From positions 1 to 64,000 of the forward strand of contig NIVC01000902.1 of assembly GCA_002269645.1 (NCBI GenBank): a stretch of DNA of 64,000 bases, in the 5' to 3' direction. The DNA is from Macrostomum lignano (Eukaryota). Of the stretch, positions 1-62,155 are shown piece after piece. Below the pieces are notes generated by a model that was not told the DNA's origin, did no database searches, and worked only from the letters and a program-made list of their open reading frames with translations. Position numbers and translations under genes: made by a program. Positions within the stretch are counted from its first letter, which is position 1; each line of letters begins with the position of its first letter.

Positions 1-1068
1 CCGCAACCAGATCCAGGCACCATCCCCAGCTCCATCGGCACCCTGCCCAGCTCATCAAGTTGACCTGTCCACAACCGCATCGAGCAGATCCGAGGAGATC
101 GGCCGCTGCATCCTGCTGCACGACGTCAACTGCAGCACAACTGCCTGCGCGCCCTGCCGAGAACATCGGCGAGCTGCGCAGCCTCACCCGGCTCAGCCTG
201 AAGTACAACCGCCTCACCAGCATCCCCAAGACCCTCACCAACTGCCACAAGCTGGAGAGTTCACATAGAGAACAACGACATCTCCACCCTGCCGGAGGCA
301 TGCTCGCCAGCATGCGGCGGCTCGGCAGCATTGTGCTGTCCCGCAACCACTTTGCCCACTTCCCGCGGCGGCCCGCCCCAGTTCGCCAGCTCGCTTCTCT
401 GGCGCTGGACAACAACCAGATCTCCGGCATCCAGCCGGCATCTTCAGCTCCGCCAAGCACCTCACCATGCTGAACCTAAACACCAACTCATCCAGTCTCT
501 GCGGCCGAGGATGCCCTACCTTGCGCCACCTGGTCTCTCTGGACCTCGGCAACAACAGCCTGACGAGATTCCCAGCGACATCCGCCACTTGCAGCGCCTC
601 GAGACCTGGTGCTCAGCCACAACAACCTCCAGCAGCTGACTGAGGGCATCAGCGCTGCACTCGTGCGCAAGCTTGAACTGGAGTACAACTGCCTGGAGAC
701 CCTGCCAGCCAGATCGGTCACCTACACGAACTGCCGAGCTCAACCTCACCGCCAACCGGCTCACCAGCATCCCGCTGGGCGTCACCCTGCTGCACCTGAC
801 TGTGCTGCGCCTCAGCGAGAACTGCCTGCGCGATGTGCCCCGTGAGATCGGCCAGATGTCCTCCCTCAAGGAGCTCTACCTGAACGAGAACGCCAACCTA
901 GACAACCTGCCGTCCACTCTGCTGTCTGCTCAAAGCTGGAGCTGCTCAACATTGAGCATGCCGGCTCAGCACATTCCAGCAGAGATCGTCACCTCGGGCT
1001 CCAATGTGCATGCAGTTCTCAAGCAGGTGTACAGCTACGAGCGCAACTGCCAGGTGCACGATCTCTGA
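1..1068 (+). CDS. SHOC2: SHOC2/SUR-8 leucine-rich-repeat scaffold protein, 3' part (5' end outside window), broken by many single-base deletions
   Basis: Joining frames gives LRRs such as LRSLTRLSLKYNRLTSIPKTLTNCHKLE, LSRNHFAHFP-GGPPQF and LKELYLNENANLDNLP...IPAEIVTSG. These parallel recalled human SHOC2 ([47 protein letters not shown]...LPPQIVAGG). Stop TGA at 1066-1068; no intron seen in this kb. Confidence 0.85.
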
Positions 1069-1799
1069 GCTCTGAGATGAGCAAATCTTATTGACAGGTT
1101 TGTGAATTCATTCAAGTATCGCCATTTTATCCGCTTACGTTAATCTCCATCGCGCCTGCCGGTCAAATCGCTTTCACAATCTGAGTTTTTGGCGGTATAA
1201 CTGTAAAAGTAATTTACTTTTCTACGTGAAACTTTTGAAGGTCATTTCCGTTGAAAACGTTACGTGACAAGAATCGCTAAAGAGTCATTGCGAACTTTAC
1301 AGCAACTCCAGCACGCCTCAGATACAACTCAGATGCCGCAGAGTCGCTTGCGTCGCCCTAAAGTCGTTTCAGAATCGCAGACAATAAGACGCCTTAAAAT
1401 GATTTTTTGACGGCTTTTTGGTTTCCAATCCAGGCGGGCCAGGTTTTAGTAGTCCCTGAATTCGACTAACCCTTAGCTGCGTGCGATCATTGTCCGGTAA
1501 CTCGGCTTGTGTTAGCCTTGCGCTGCCTTGGCTGCTGCAGTCGTGCACCCGCTGGCACCAACAAAATGGCACAACATGGCTAGCGACTGCGGAATTCAAT
1601 TCTGCGCACTTCATATTGACCACTTAAATTTTGCCTGCCAGTTCTCATTCTGATCGTTGGTGCAGCTAACAGTTTCCACTCTGTTTTCCATTTGATTTAT
1701 GCAGTATTTTTCGTTGCCGGTTTTTATGCTTCCGCGTTCGACCGATGCAAACAGGTCCTCTGATTCCTCTGCAGCTGCTTGGGGCGCACTGGCGCCCAT

Positions 1800-2998
1800 G
1801 ACCACATCTGGTTCCCCTTGTCCTCCACCTGGCGCCCATTTCTCTCATCTAGCGCCCCTTGTCCCCCATCTGGCGCCTATTGTCCCCATCTGGCGCCTAT
1901 TGTCCCCCATCTGGCGCCTATTGTCCCATCTGGCCCTATTGTCCCCCATCTGGCGCCTATTGTCCCCCATCTGGCGCCTATTGTCCCCATCTGGCGCCCT
2001 TTGTCCTTCATCTAGCGCCCCTTGTCCCCCATCTGGCGCCTATTGTCCCCATCTGGCGCCTATTGTCCCCTCTGGCGCCTATTGTCCCCATGGCGCCTAT
2101 TGTCCCCCATCTGGCGCCTATTGTCCCCATCTGGCGCCTATTTCCCCATCTGGCGCCCTTTGTCCTTCATCTAGCGCCCCTTGTCCCCCATCTGGCGCTA
2201 TTGTCCCCCATCTGGCGCCTATTGTCCTTCATCTGGCGCCCTTTTTCCTTCATCTAGCGCCCCTTGTCCCCCATCTGGCGCCTATTGTCCCCATCTGGCG
2301 CGCCTTGTCCCCCATCTGGCGCCTATTGTCCCCCATCTGGCGGCGCCTTGTCCCCCATCTGGCGCCCTTTCCTTCATCTAGCGCCCCTTGTCCCCCATCT
2401 GGCGCCTATTGTCCCCATCTGGCGCCTATTGTCCTTCATCTGGCGCCCTTTTTCCTTCATCTAGCGCCCCTTGTCCCCCATCTGGCGCCTATTGTCCCCC
2501 ATCTGGCGCCTATTGTCCTTCATCTGGCGCCCTTTTTCCTTCATCTAGCGCCCCTTGTTGTCCCCCATCTGGCGTTCTTTGTCCTTCATCTAGCGCCCCT
2601 TGTCCCCCATCTGGCGCCCCTTGTCCCCATCTAGCGCTCTTTGTCCTTCATCTAGCGCCCCTTGTCCCCATCTGGCGCCCCTTGTCCCCATCTGGCGCCC
2701 CTTGTCCCCATCTGGCGCTCTTTGTCCTTCATCTAGCGCCCCTTGTCCCCATCTGGCGCCCCTTGTCCCCCATCTAGCGCCCCTTGTCCCCCATCTGGCG
2801 CCTATTGTCCCCATCTGGCGCCTATTGTCCTTCATCTGGCGCCCTTTTTCCTTCATCTAGCGCCCCTTGTCCCCATCTGGCGCCTATTGTCCCCCAACTG
2901 GCGCCCCTTGTCCCCCATCTGGCGCTCTTTGTCCTTCATCTAGCGCCCTTGTCCCCATCTGGCGCCCCTTGTCCCCCATCTGGCGCCCCTTGTCCCCA
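1800..2998. repeat. GC-rich minisatellite, ~20-21 bp unit (ttgtcccccatctggcgcc[ct][ac])
   Basis: Directly visible tandem array; it produces the many P/S/H/L-rich ORFs at 1699-3197. Confidence 0.95.
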
Positions 2999-3254
2999 TG
3001 CTGCAGCGGGCACCAGGGCGAGTTCAATGAGCGCTTCCGCCGGGCCGGTCCAGGTTGTCGAGTTGCTAAATGCTAATTTATTTTTCCACACGAAGCTCCT
3101 CTTGTGCTGTCCCCGAAAGCTGGCACCGTCTCGCTTTCCATTGCAAGTTTTTGTTGTGCCTTCGTTTTTTATTAATAGCTGTTTGCCTTTGTTATAATTC
3201 GATTCGAACTGCTGGCCCCTCATTAACTCGAAAAATTCTTGCAGTCTTGCATTA

Positions 3255-4382
3255 CGAGGGGCGCACTGAAAGTTTTGCGATACGCGAAACCACAAATGTC
3301 TGAAGCAAAATTTCTGTCACAATTTTTCAAAGTAGTTGCCACCAGCTTGCTCGCATTTTCTTATCCGGTGAAAGCACTGCACCCGGCTCCAGCCCACTGT
3401 TCTTCTGGCACTGCTGACACCACCCGCTCGATTCTTGCTGCTTCAGGGCTCTCAAACCGAGTCCCGCACAGTTGGTTCTTCACCAAAGGGAAGAGAAAGA
3501 AGTCGCAGGGTGCCAGGTCAGGGGAATATGAGGGATGCGTCACCAACTGGACTCCATTCTCGCCAGAAATGCTAAAGGTGCAGCAGCCGTGTGCGCACTG
3601 GCGTTGTCGTGGTGCAGCAGCAGGCCACGAAGTCCGGTGCGCGACCGGCGTCTGCGCCAAGCATCGAACACGAGCGGCAGGCACTGGTTAGTATACCAGT
3701 CGCATTGACTGTCCGCCTGTCTTGGAGCGCTACAGTGGCCAGGTGGCCGGCCTGGCTGAAGAAAGCCGCCACCATCTGCTTCCCGACGCTGCGGGCCCGC
3801 TTGACCTTCGTTGGGGTGGCATCGTCCGGAAGGAGCCAAACTGCCGACTGCTGCTTGGTTTCCGGGTCGTACTGGTAGACCAAGGTCTCATCGCCACTGA
3901 TGATCTCCCAGCATCACTTCGAGGTCCCAGAATCGAATCTTTCGAGCATGAACTCGCACCAAAGTACCCTCTCCTCTTTCTGGTCCTCCGTCAGGTTGTG
4001 GGGCACCCAGCGGGCGCACCGCTTGGAGGCTTTGGCCCCACTTAAATTTCCTGTACAACCGAAAAACTGTGGCACTTGAAGGGGCTTGGTCTCCAAAGAC
4101 AGCATGTAAACTTTCAACGCACTGCTCCTACGCGAGACCTTTTTGCTGGTTGTAAACAATCATGACACAAAAGTCGTGGTTTGTCAACTCCATTGGAGCA
4201 AGTACAGTTTGGTAGGGGGTATTGACTTTAAAGAGTGATTGTGAAAAATTAACAACAGCGCAAAGGCTGGAAATTACTACCCAATCATCCTAAGGGTGGT
4301 AGAGTATGTATATGAAAATTCGTGCAGTTTTGACTTATGAGTCAGTCGTACGAGTATCTCAAAACTTTCAGTACGCTCCTCG
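3255..4382 (-). mobile_element. Mariner-family DNA transposon, defective (1,128 bp)
   Basis: TIRs cgaggggcgcactgaaagtttt (3255-3276) and aaaactttcagtacgctcctcg (4361-4382) match 20/22 as inverted repeats. TA lies on both sides (3253-54 and 4383-84). Confidence 0.92.
3317..4040 (-). pseudogene. Mariner DD34D transposase remnant (catalytic domain; N-terminal HTH region not recognisable; frameshifted)
   Basis: Motifs CARWVPHNL, SGDETLVYQYDPETKQQS, LLHHDNASAH, HPSYSPDLAPCDFFLF and C-terminal GGNYFEKL*. The spacing between the 2nd and 3rd Asp is 34 aa after restoring one base. Confidence 0.9.
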
Positions 4383-4589
4383 TACACTGCATTATTGCTG
4401 GGCTTCTCACTGGCTCGCGTTGCCCTTTTTGTGAACATTCTCTGTCTGGTTTCATAAATCCTACTTACTGTCTTGTTATCCACTGGGTAGACTCCTATAT
4501 CCGCATCCTTGTACGGAGTCTTAATAAACTGGCTTCTAGTTTTTTATTTATGAATATGAATAGCAATTTTTTAAATTGTAGTTAACAGC

Positions 4590-5500
4590 CTTTGTTGCTA
4601 GGCCACCCTCCCAGATCCTCAGTTTCTAGCCCACGCCACTCCCAGATCGTCAGTTGCTGGGCCAGCCTCCCAGATCGTCAGTTGCTGGGCCAGCCTCCCA
4701 GATCGTCAGTTGCTGGGCCAGCCTCCCAGATCGTCAGTTGCTGGCCAGCCTCCCAGAATGTCAGTTGCTAGGCCAGCCTCCCAGATCGTCATTTGCTGGG
4801 CCATCAGCCTCCCAGATCGTCAGTTGCTGGGCCATCAGCCTCTCAGAGTGTCAGTTGCTGGGCCACCCTCCAAGATCCTCAGTTGCTGGCCCACTCCACT
4901 CCCAGATCGTCAGTAGCTGGGCCAGTCTCCCAAATCGTTAGTTGCTGGGCCAGTCTCCCAGATCCTCAGTAGCTGGGCCACCCCAGTCCCAGATCCTCAG
5001 TAGCTGGGCCACCCCAGTCTCAGATCCTCAGTAGCTGGGCCACTCCACTCCCAGATCGTCAGTAGCTGGGCCACCCCAGTCCAGATCCTCAGTAGCTGGG
5101 CCACTCCACTCCCAGATCCTCAGTAGCTGGGCCACCCCAGTCCCAGATCCTCAGTAGCTGGGCCACTCCACTCCCAGATCGTCAGTAGCTGGGCCACCCA
5201 GTCCCAGATCCTCAGTAGCTGGGCCACCCCAGTCCCAGATCCTCAGTAGCTGGGCCACTCCACTCCCAGATCGTCAGTAGCTGGGCCACCCCAGTCCCAG
5301 ATCCTCAGTAGCTGGGCCACTCCACTCCCAGATCGTCAGTAGCTGGGCCACCCCAGTCCCAGATCCTCAGTAGCTGGGCCACTCCACTCCCAGATCGTCA
5401 GTAGCTGGGCCACCCCAGTCCCAGATCCTCAGTAGCTGGGCCACCCCAGTCCCAGATCCTCAGTAGCTGGGCCAACCCAGTCCCAGATCCTCAGTGCTAG
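4590..5500. repeat. Minisatellite, ~31-33 bp unit (cagtagctgggccaccccagtcccagatcct), degenerate 5' part
   Basis: Visible tandem array. Confidence 0.93.
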
Positions 5501-5649
5501 TCCCAGATACTCGGTCGCAGTTGAGCAGAGAAACCAGTACACCGCAGCGCTCAGCTGCTCAGCCGTTTGAGTCCCAGCTCATGGCTATAAAGTGGCACCC
5601 GGCCGCGCTCCCGCAGCCCAGGCCGGCCCAGCCCCACTAGCCGCACGCC

Positions 5650-6999
5650 ATGGCCAGCCAGCAGCAGCTGAAGTGGATCAGCCTCACCCTGCTGGTGCTC
5701 CAGACCTCCTGGTGCTGGCCATGCGCTACACCCGCAGCGCGGCGGAGCCCGGCCAGAAGCTCTACCTGACCTCCACGGCGGTCGTCATGGCGGAGGCTGT
5801 GAAGCTGCTCACCTGCCTGCTGCTGGTTGCTAGGGAGCACGGCTTCTCAGCCAGGCTGACAATTCGCGATCTGCGCACCGAGCTGCTGGTGAACTGGCAG
5901 GACACCCTGAAGCTGGCGGTGCCGGCCGGCCTGTACACCTTGCAGAACAACCTGCTGTTCATTGCGCTGTCGCATCTGAATGCCGCGCTGTACCAGGTGA
6001 GCGCTTCCAGCTTGTGGCGTTGTAGTCTATGTATGACTCATATCAGCTCTATGACTCATCCTCTATGACTCATATCAGCTCTCTGACTCATATCAGCTCT
6101 CTGACTCATCCTCTATGACTCATATCAGCTCTCTGACTCATCCTCTATGACTCGCATATCAGCTCTCTGACTCATCCTTTCTCTCTGACTCACATATCAA
6201 CTCTCTGACTCATCCTCTATGACTCACATATCAGCTCTCTGACTCACATATCAACTCTGACTCATCCTCTATGACACACATATCAGCTCTCTGACTCACA
6301 TATCAACTCTCTGACTCACATATCAACTCTCTGACTCACATATCAGCTCTCTGACTCACATATCAACTCTCTGACTCACATATCAACTCTCTGACTCATC
6401 CTTTCTCTCTGACTCACATATCAACTCTCTGACTCACATATCAACTCTCTGACTCACATATCAGCTCTCTGACTCACATATCAACTCTCTGACTCACATA
6501 TCAGCTCTCTGACTCACATACCAACTCTCTGACTCATCCTTTCTCTCTGACTCACATATCAGCTCTCTATGACTCGCATCATCTCTCTATGACTCACATC
6601 AGCTCTCTATGACTCACATCAGCTCTCTATGACTCACACATCAGCTAATTTGCGTGATGCCATTCGCAGGTGACCTACCAGCTGAAGATTCTCACCACAG
6701 CGGTTTTCTCCGTCCTGATGCTGCGCAAGGCCATCTCCGGCACCAAGTGGCTCGCGCTGCTCATCCTCTTCACCGGGGTGGCGCTGGTCCAGCTGCCTAG
6801 CCAGGACGACTCGTCATCGGCAGCGGCGACGTCTGAGCAGTCAGCGAGTCTCTCCAGCCAGATGGTGGGTCTGGTGGCCGTGCTCTCCGCCTGCTGCAGC
6901 AGCGGCTTTGCCGGCGTCTACTTTGAAAAGATTTTAAAGGTGCGTTTCGGAAATGCTCGTATTTTCTTTGCCTGATATATTACTGACAGCCTGTAAGCA

Positions 7000-7062
<63 letters not shown>

Positions 7063-7463
7063 CCTCAGGGCTCGCAGGCCTCAGTGTGGATGCGCAACAT
7101 TCAGCTCGGTCTGTTCGGCGCCCTCCTCGGCCTGGGCGGCGTGGCGGCCTCGGACTGGCAGCGGGTGGCCGCCGACGGCTTCTTCCAAGGCTACACGGGC
7201 TGGGTGTGGCTGGTCATCGGCCTGCACGCCTTCGGCGGCTTGGTGATCGCCGCGGTGATTAAGTATGCGACAACATCTTGAAGGGCTTCGCCAACGCGGT
7301 GTCCATCATCCTGAGCACCCTGGTGTCCTGGCTGTGGCTGGCCGACTTCGTGCCCAGCGCCACGTTCTTCGCCGGCGCCTCGCTGGTCATCGCCGCCACA
7401 ATGCTGTACGGCTGGGAGCGGCCGCAGCCTGCGCCGCCGCCCAGGCCCGCTGACAAGGTCTAG
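5650..7463 (+). CDS. SLC35A3: Golgi nucleotide-sugar transporter, SLC35A2/A3 family (UDP-GlcNAc/UDP-Gal); 3 exons 5650-5996, 6670-6939, 7069-7463; small deletions near 5705 and 7270
   Basis: Motifs [101 protein letters not shown]. The C-terminus [12 protein letters not shown] is closer to recalled SLC35A3 than SLC35A2. GT-AG introns 5997-6669 and 6940-7068 are both phase 0. Confidence 0.9.
6030..6645. repeat. Intronic minisatellite, ~20-22 bp unit (tcacatatcaactctctgac)
   Basis: Fills almost all of SLC35A intron 1. Confidence 0.93.
7000..7062. repeat. (CTA)n microsatellite abutting the SLC35A intron 2 acceptor
   Basis: ctactacta...ctcctcag|GGC. Confidence 0.95.
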
Positions 7464-7604
7464 CTGATCAAATTTCGCTGACGGTGTTCAGCCGCCTGGA
7501 TTTGACTGACTCAGGTTGCTCTTCCAGGTTTTTAATATGACAGCGCTGACAGGATTGTGTCTGACAAGATTTCTCTCAAGGCTAATAGCCTAACTTTTTG
7601 ATAA

Positions 7605-8600
7605 GATCTAGCTGGCAAGAATTATCTGATGATGAGGTCTAGCTGACAAGAATTATCTGATGATGAGATCTAGCTGACAAGAATTATCTGATGATGAGGT
7701 CTAGCTGACAAGAATTATCTGATGATGAGGTCTAGCTGACAAGAATTATCTGATGATGAGATCTAGCTGACAAGAGTTATCTGATGATGAGGTCTGATGA
7801 TGAGATCTAGCTGACAAGAATTATCTGATGATGAGGTCTAGCTGACAAGAATTATCTGATGATGAGGTCTAGCTGACAAGAATTATCTGATGAAGAGGTC
7901 TGATGATGAGATCTAGCTGACAAGAGTTATCTGATGATGAGGTCTAGCTGACAAGAATTATCTGATGATGAGGTCTAGCTGACAAGAATTATCTGATGAA
8001 GAGGTCTGATGATGAGATCTAGCTGACAAGAGTTATCTGATGAAGAGGTCTAGCTGACAAGAATTATCTGATGATGAGGTCTAGCTGACAAGAATTATCT
8101 GATGATGAGATCTAGCTGACAAGAGTTATCTGATGAAGAGATCTAGCTGACAAGAGTTATCTGATGAAGAGGTCTAGCTGACAAGAATTATCTGATGATG
8201 AGATCTAGCTGACAAGAGTTATCTGATGAAGAGGTCTAGCTGACAATAATTATCTGATGATGAGATCTAGCTGACAATAATTATCTGATGATGAGATCTA
8301 GCTGACAAGAATTATCTGATGAAGAGGTCTAGCTGACAAGAATTATCTGATGAGGTCTAGCTGACAAGAATTATCTGATGAGGTCTAGCTGACAAGAATT
8401 ATCTGATGAGGTCTAGCTGACAAGAATTATCTGATGAAGAGGTCTAGCTGGCAATAATTATCTGATGATGAGATCTAGCTGACAATAATTAACTGATGAT
8501 GAGATCTAGCTGACAATAATTAACTGATAATGAGGTCTAGCTGACAAGAATTATCTGATGATGAGGTCTAGCTGACAAAAATCATTTGATGATAAGATTT
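7605..8600. repeat. Minisatellite, ~31 bp unit (gatgaggtctagctgacaagaattatctgat)
   Basis: Visible tandem array with variant units. Confidence 0.95.
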
Positions 8601-9379
8601 AGCAAGTCCTGTCTGCCTCTGTCAGCAGGTGCCGGTGGTTGCGACTCCCTAGGTTGACATGTACTTTAGTTTTGGATATTTTGATTTTTAGTTTTTTATC
8701 ATGCATCGGTCACTGACAGTCGTTTTTGTATTTCTGGTTCCTCTGTTAGCGCGCGGTGCAACTGCAGCCAAATCCGGCACCGCGTGAAGATTTGCCAATG
8801 CTAAATCTAGCTGAAATCTGTGTGCCTTCTGCGATTTCACTGCCATTGTATTTCTTATTGCGCTTACTGATTAGCTATTGTACCGGGTGTTTGACTTGTG
8901 TACTCTTCATGTCATTGGTTTGCGCATGCACTTTTACTAGGAGCGATACAGTTTAGTCTGGGTGGCTTGGGTGTCTGGGATTTCACAAACTAGAAAGAAG
9001 CATTCTTCTCATTTAGAACTTTTTAGTATTAGCTTCAACTACTTTTGCCTTTGTTAAGTTTATTACGCTACATATCGGCAGTACGAGTAAAGGTGTTATG
9101 GTCTTACGGAGCCTCCTAGTGCAATTTTGCGGCTTTCTAACAGCTCCTTTAGGAACTTAATTGAACCGTGACCTCGCAAGCGGAAAGTTTGTGTGCCAGC
9201 TCTTGGACTTCTGAGCTCTGGGATATTCCAGTTTTTCTGGCCAGGCATTTCTCTGCTTTGAATCAGCTTAGGCTTCCATTCCAAGTGTGATCTAACACCG
9301 CTTTAAATTGAGTTTTGCACCCATCCACGGCTTATGAACCAACTTTCTGGCGCTCCAACTGTCCATGACCTATGACCAC

Positions 9380-9935
9380 TTGTCTATGACCTATAACCCA
9401 ACTATTGACCTGTGACCAAACTTCCTGTGCCCTATGACTAAAACTGCCTATGACCTGTGACCAAAATTCCTGTGTCCTATGACTAAACTGTCTATGACCT
9501 GTGACCAAAATTCTTGTGACCTATGACTAAACTGTCTATGACCTGTGACCAAAATTCCAGTGCCCTATGACTAAACTGTCTATGACCTGTGACCAAAATT
9601 CTTGTGACCTATGACTAAACTGTCTATGACCTGTGACCAAAATTCTTGTGACCTATGACTAAACTGTCTATGACCTGTGACCAAAATTCTTGTGACCTAT
9701 GACTAAACTGTCTATGACCTGTGACCAAAATTCTTGTGACCTATGACTAAACTGTCTATGACCTGTGACCAAAATTCCAGTGCCCTATGACTAAACTGTC
9801 TATGACCTGTGACCAAAATTCCAGTGCCCTATGACTAAACTGTCTATGACCTGTGACCAAAATTCCAGTGCCCTATGACTAAACTGTCTATGACCTGTGA
9901 CCAAAATTCCAGTGCCCTATGACTAAACTGTCTAT
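9380..9935. repeat. Minisatellite, 44 bp unit (gacctgtgaccaaaattcttgtgacctatgactaaactgtctat)
   Basis: About 12 tandem copies. Confidence 0.95.
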
Positions 9936-10247
9936 GCCCTATTCAGAGAGGTGTCATCCACGCCCCGTGACCCGCCTACCCTCACTAATGCAGCTCCGAT
10001 CTTGTTTTCAATCAATGCTCGAACTTTCATTGCTTCTGTTGCCTACTTGTGTCACAACTTTATCCGCTGTTAGTCTAGCCAGAGTTAGCTGCTAGTTCGG
10101 GACTTTGTTTTTATCTCACTGAAATATACATTTAACCGTGTGCGCACCCGAGTCGACTCAAGGCTGCGATTGCGATGCTAAATGAAGGCAAACTGGCCGG
10201 CCCCGCTGAGAGGCTTGTCTTCGACTTGATCATTCATCTGGTATGGT

Positions 10248-10248
<1 letters not shown>

Positions 10249-10306
<58 letters not shown>
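10249..10306. repeat. (GA)n microsatellite
   Basis: Visible. Confidence 0.98.
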
Positions 10307-10309
<3 letters not shown>

Positions 10310-11403
10310 AAATTCAGGAAACTACTAAAGTACATAAAGTGTTGGCCTTCAGCCACGCGAAGTGCGCGTGAATTAAAATTCACTGCCCGGCCGCTGAGCT
10401 GAGGATGAATCGATGCTTCTGCGGCTTGACGCGGAGCTCTTGTCTTTGGGCAGGAGCTGCCAGTAGATTAACTTCTTTTAGCAGAAGACAATCCTTGAGA
10501 CTTGAAGAGTGTCAGCCTTGCTTAAAAATTTTAAAACAATGCCCTGCAGCTCCACCTGCGCCCCTGCCTGGCAATTGATCTTGCGTTCCCAGCTCCCCTC
10601 TGCCTGCCGAATCTTCCCATTGTCCTTGGAGAGCAGCTGCGGGCCCCCAGCTGCAGCTGCTGCCACCAGCATCTTTTGTTGCAGTTCTCGCAGCTCTGAG
10701 AAACTTTTTCAACTTGGGCTTCTGATGCTTTCATCGATTGAGAGGCGCCTCTTTGTCTTTGAGCTGGGAAGCTTGGCTGTGCGGGCCTGCGATCTGCATC
10801 GACTGCAGCTGCTTCTGATGCAGCTGGCTTGCGCGTAGGGACTTCCCCACTCTTCAAGTTGGGGTCTTGTAACTAAGGCCACTTACTAAACCTGCTCAAC
10901 AAGATGACGTCAGTTTCGACCCCTACTGGGGGTGTTTCGGCTCGTATAAGCTCCAGCTTACACCGGTACTCAAACTTAAAGAGTTTAATGCGCTATAAAT
11001 GCGCTTTATAAGCATTTTACCTTCACGACAGCCTGCAAACTCCTGAACCGCCTCCAGACTGACAATGGGCGCCCGGCCCAACCGACACTTAAGGGAGAGG
11101 AGGGAAGGCGACGGCAGAGCTGGGCTGCCCCTCACCATTGCTGCCGCTCCCCAGCTGCTGGAGAGAGTCCTGCGCGGCCCCGATTCGCCCCGGGTTGCCC
11201 CTGGCAAAGCCGACGCCAAGCGCCAAAACACAGCATAATACAATGGAGATTTTTAAAGGTGGGATCGGCCTCAGTCTTCCCCAGCCACTGCTAACCCGGC
11301 TTAAGCCCCCGCTTGTAAAGCTCTCAACTTTGAATAATTTCCCTGAGTACCTTCCGGCAAAGCTGCTGCGAGATCTCGCTGTTGAACCGGCATTTCGTCA
11401 GTC

Positions 11404-60703
<49,300 letters not shown>

Positions 60704-61279
60704 GTGAGTTTCCTTCTATTATTGAATTTGATTTTGACTGTATGCAGCTTGCATTGCCAACATTTTAAATTCTGAGTTACGATTTGCCTGAGCAAAACGG
60801 ATCGGTCCTGCAGGTAAGCAAACAGGTACGGATGTTAATAATAACATCCTTGCAATCTTACGCAACACTTTAGTAGTGTAAAACATTATTCATTTCGAAC
60901 TTCAATCGATTCTGTTTTTGTATTGTGCGCATTTTTGCATCCTTGGGACACTTTTGCTGCAATTACTGTGCAATCATTTCCTTCAGCCTAAATGTAATTC
61001 CTGACTTTTATATTTTGCTATTTTTTATAATGCAGTTTGATTTGAGTAGCTGCCAATTGCTGTGTTGCTCATTAATTATCCAATCCGAAATACACGCTAC
61101 TCTGGTGATGAAAAAAATGTTTTGGTTGATGGCTTTGTCAGAATTCATTTTACAGATGGAGGAGCCGTGGCGATGCAATGTTCGTCTGAATCAGCAATTG
61201 TGGTTTTCATTCCGGCATTGCGAAACGCAAAATTGATTTTAAAATTATAACACCCAGAGACTTTTACACTTTTAGACTT

Positions 61280-62155
61280 TATTCCAATCTCCAAAGTCCC
61301 AGAAATACAATCCCCAAAGTTCCAGAGATCTAATCTTCAAAGTCCCAATCTCTGAAGTCCCAGAAATCCAATCCCTAAATTTCACGAAATCCAATCTCCA
61401 AAGTCCCCGAATCCAATCTCCAGAGTCCCAATCTCCAAAGTCCCAATCTCCAAAGTCCCAATCTCCAAAGTCCCAATCTCCAAAGTCCCAATCTCCAAAG
61501 TCCCAATCTCCAAAGTCCCAATCTCCAAAGTCCCAATCTCCAAAGTCCCAATCTCCAAAGTCCCAATCTCCAAAGTCCCAATCTCCAAAGTCCCAATCTC
61601 CAAAGTCCCAATCTCCAAAGTCCCAATCTTCAAAGTCCCAATCTCCAGAGTCCCAATCTCCAAAGTCCCAATCTCCAAAGTCCCCAAATCCAATCTCCAA
61701 AGTCCCAATCTCCAAAGTCCCAATCTCCAAAGTCCCAATCTCCAAAGTCCCAATCTCCAAAGTCCCAATCTCCAAAGTCCCAATCTCCAAAGTCCCAATC
61801 TTCAAAGTCCCAATATCCAGAGTCCCAATCTCCAAAGTCCCAATCTCCAAAGTCCCCAAATCCAATCTCCAAAGTCCCAATCTCCAAAGTCCCAATCTCC
61901 AAAGTCCCAATCTCCAAAGTCCCAATCTCCAAAGTCCCAATCTCCAAAGTCCCAATCTCCAAAGTCCCAATCTCCAAAGTCCCAATCTCTAAAGTCCCAA
62001 TCTCCAAAGTCCCAATCTCCAAAGTCCCAATCTCCAAAGTCCCAATCTCTAAAGTCCCAATCTCCAAAGTCCCAATCTCCAAAGTCCCAATCTCCAAAGT
62101 CCCCGAATCCAAAGTCCCCGAATCCAATCTCTTCAAAGTCCCCGAATCCAATCTC
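61280..62155. repeat. Minisatellite, 15 bp unit (tccaaagtcccaatc)
   Basis: Visible; gives the GDWDF/LEIGT/GLWRL ORFs. Confidence 0.96.

Noticed and set aside
1369-1805. Minus-strand ORFs (84 and 64 aa), and a possible partner exon at ~3000-3070
   Set aside because: No recognisable homology and no convincing splice sites linking them.
1699-3197. Long Pro/Ser/His/Leu-rich ORFs
   Set aside because: They are translations of the 20-21 bp minisatellite, open in several frames.
7605-9935. Regularly spaced 31- and 44-bp repeats resembling a CRISPR array
   Set aside because: The units are head-to-tail with no unique spacers, there are no cas genes, and the context is eukaryotic. The same applies to the 33-, 47- and 75-bp arrays.
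10500-10859. 12-bp inverted repeat (acttgaagagtg / cactcttcaagt) around a GC-rich ORF-bearing segment
   Set aside because: No TSD, no second copy in the window and no recognisable protein; it could be chance.
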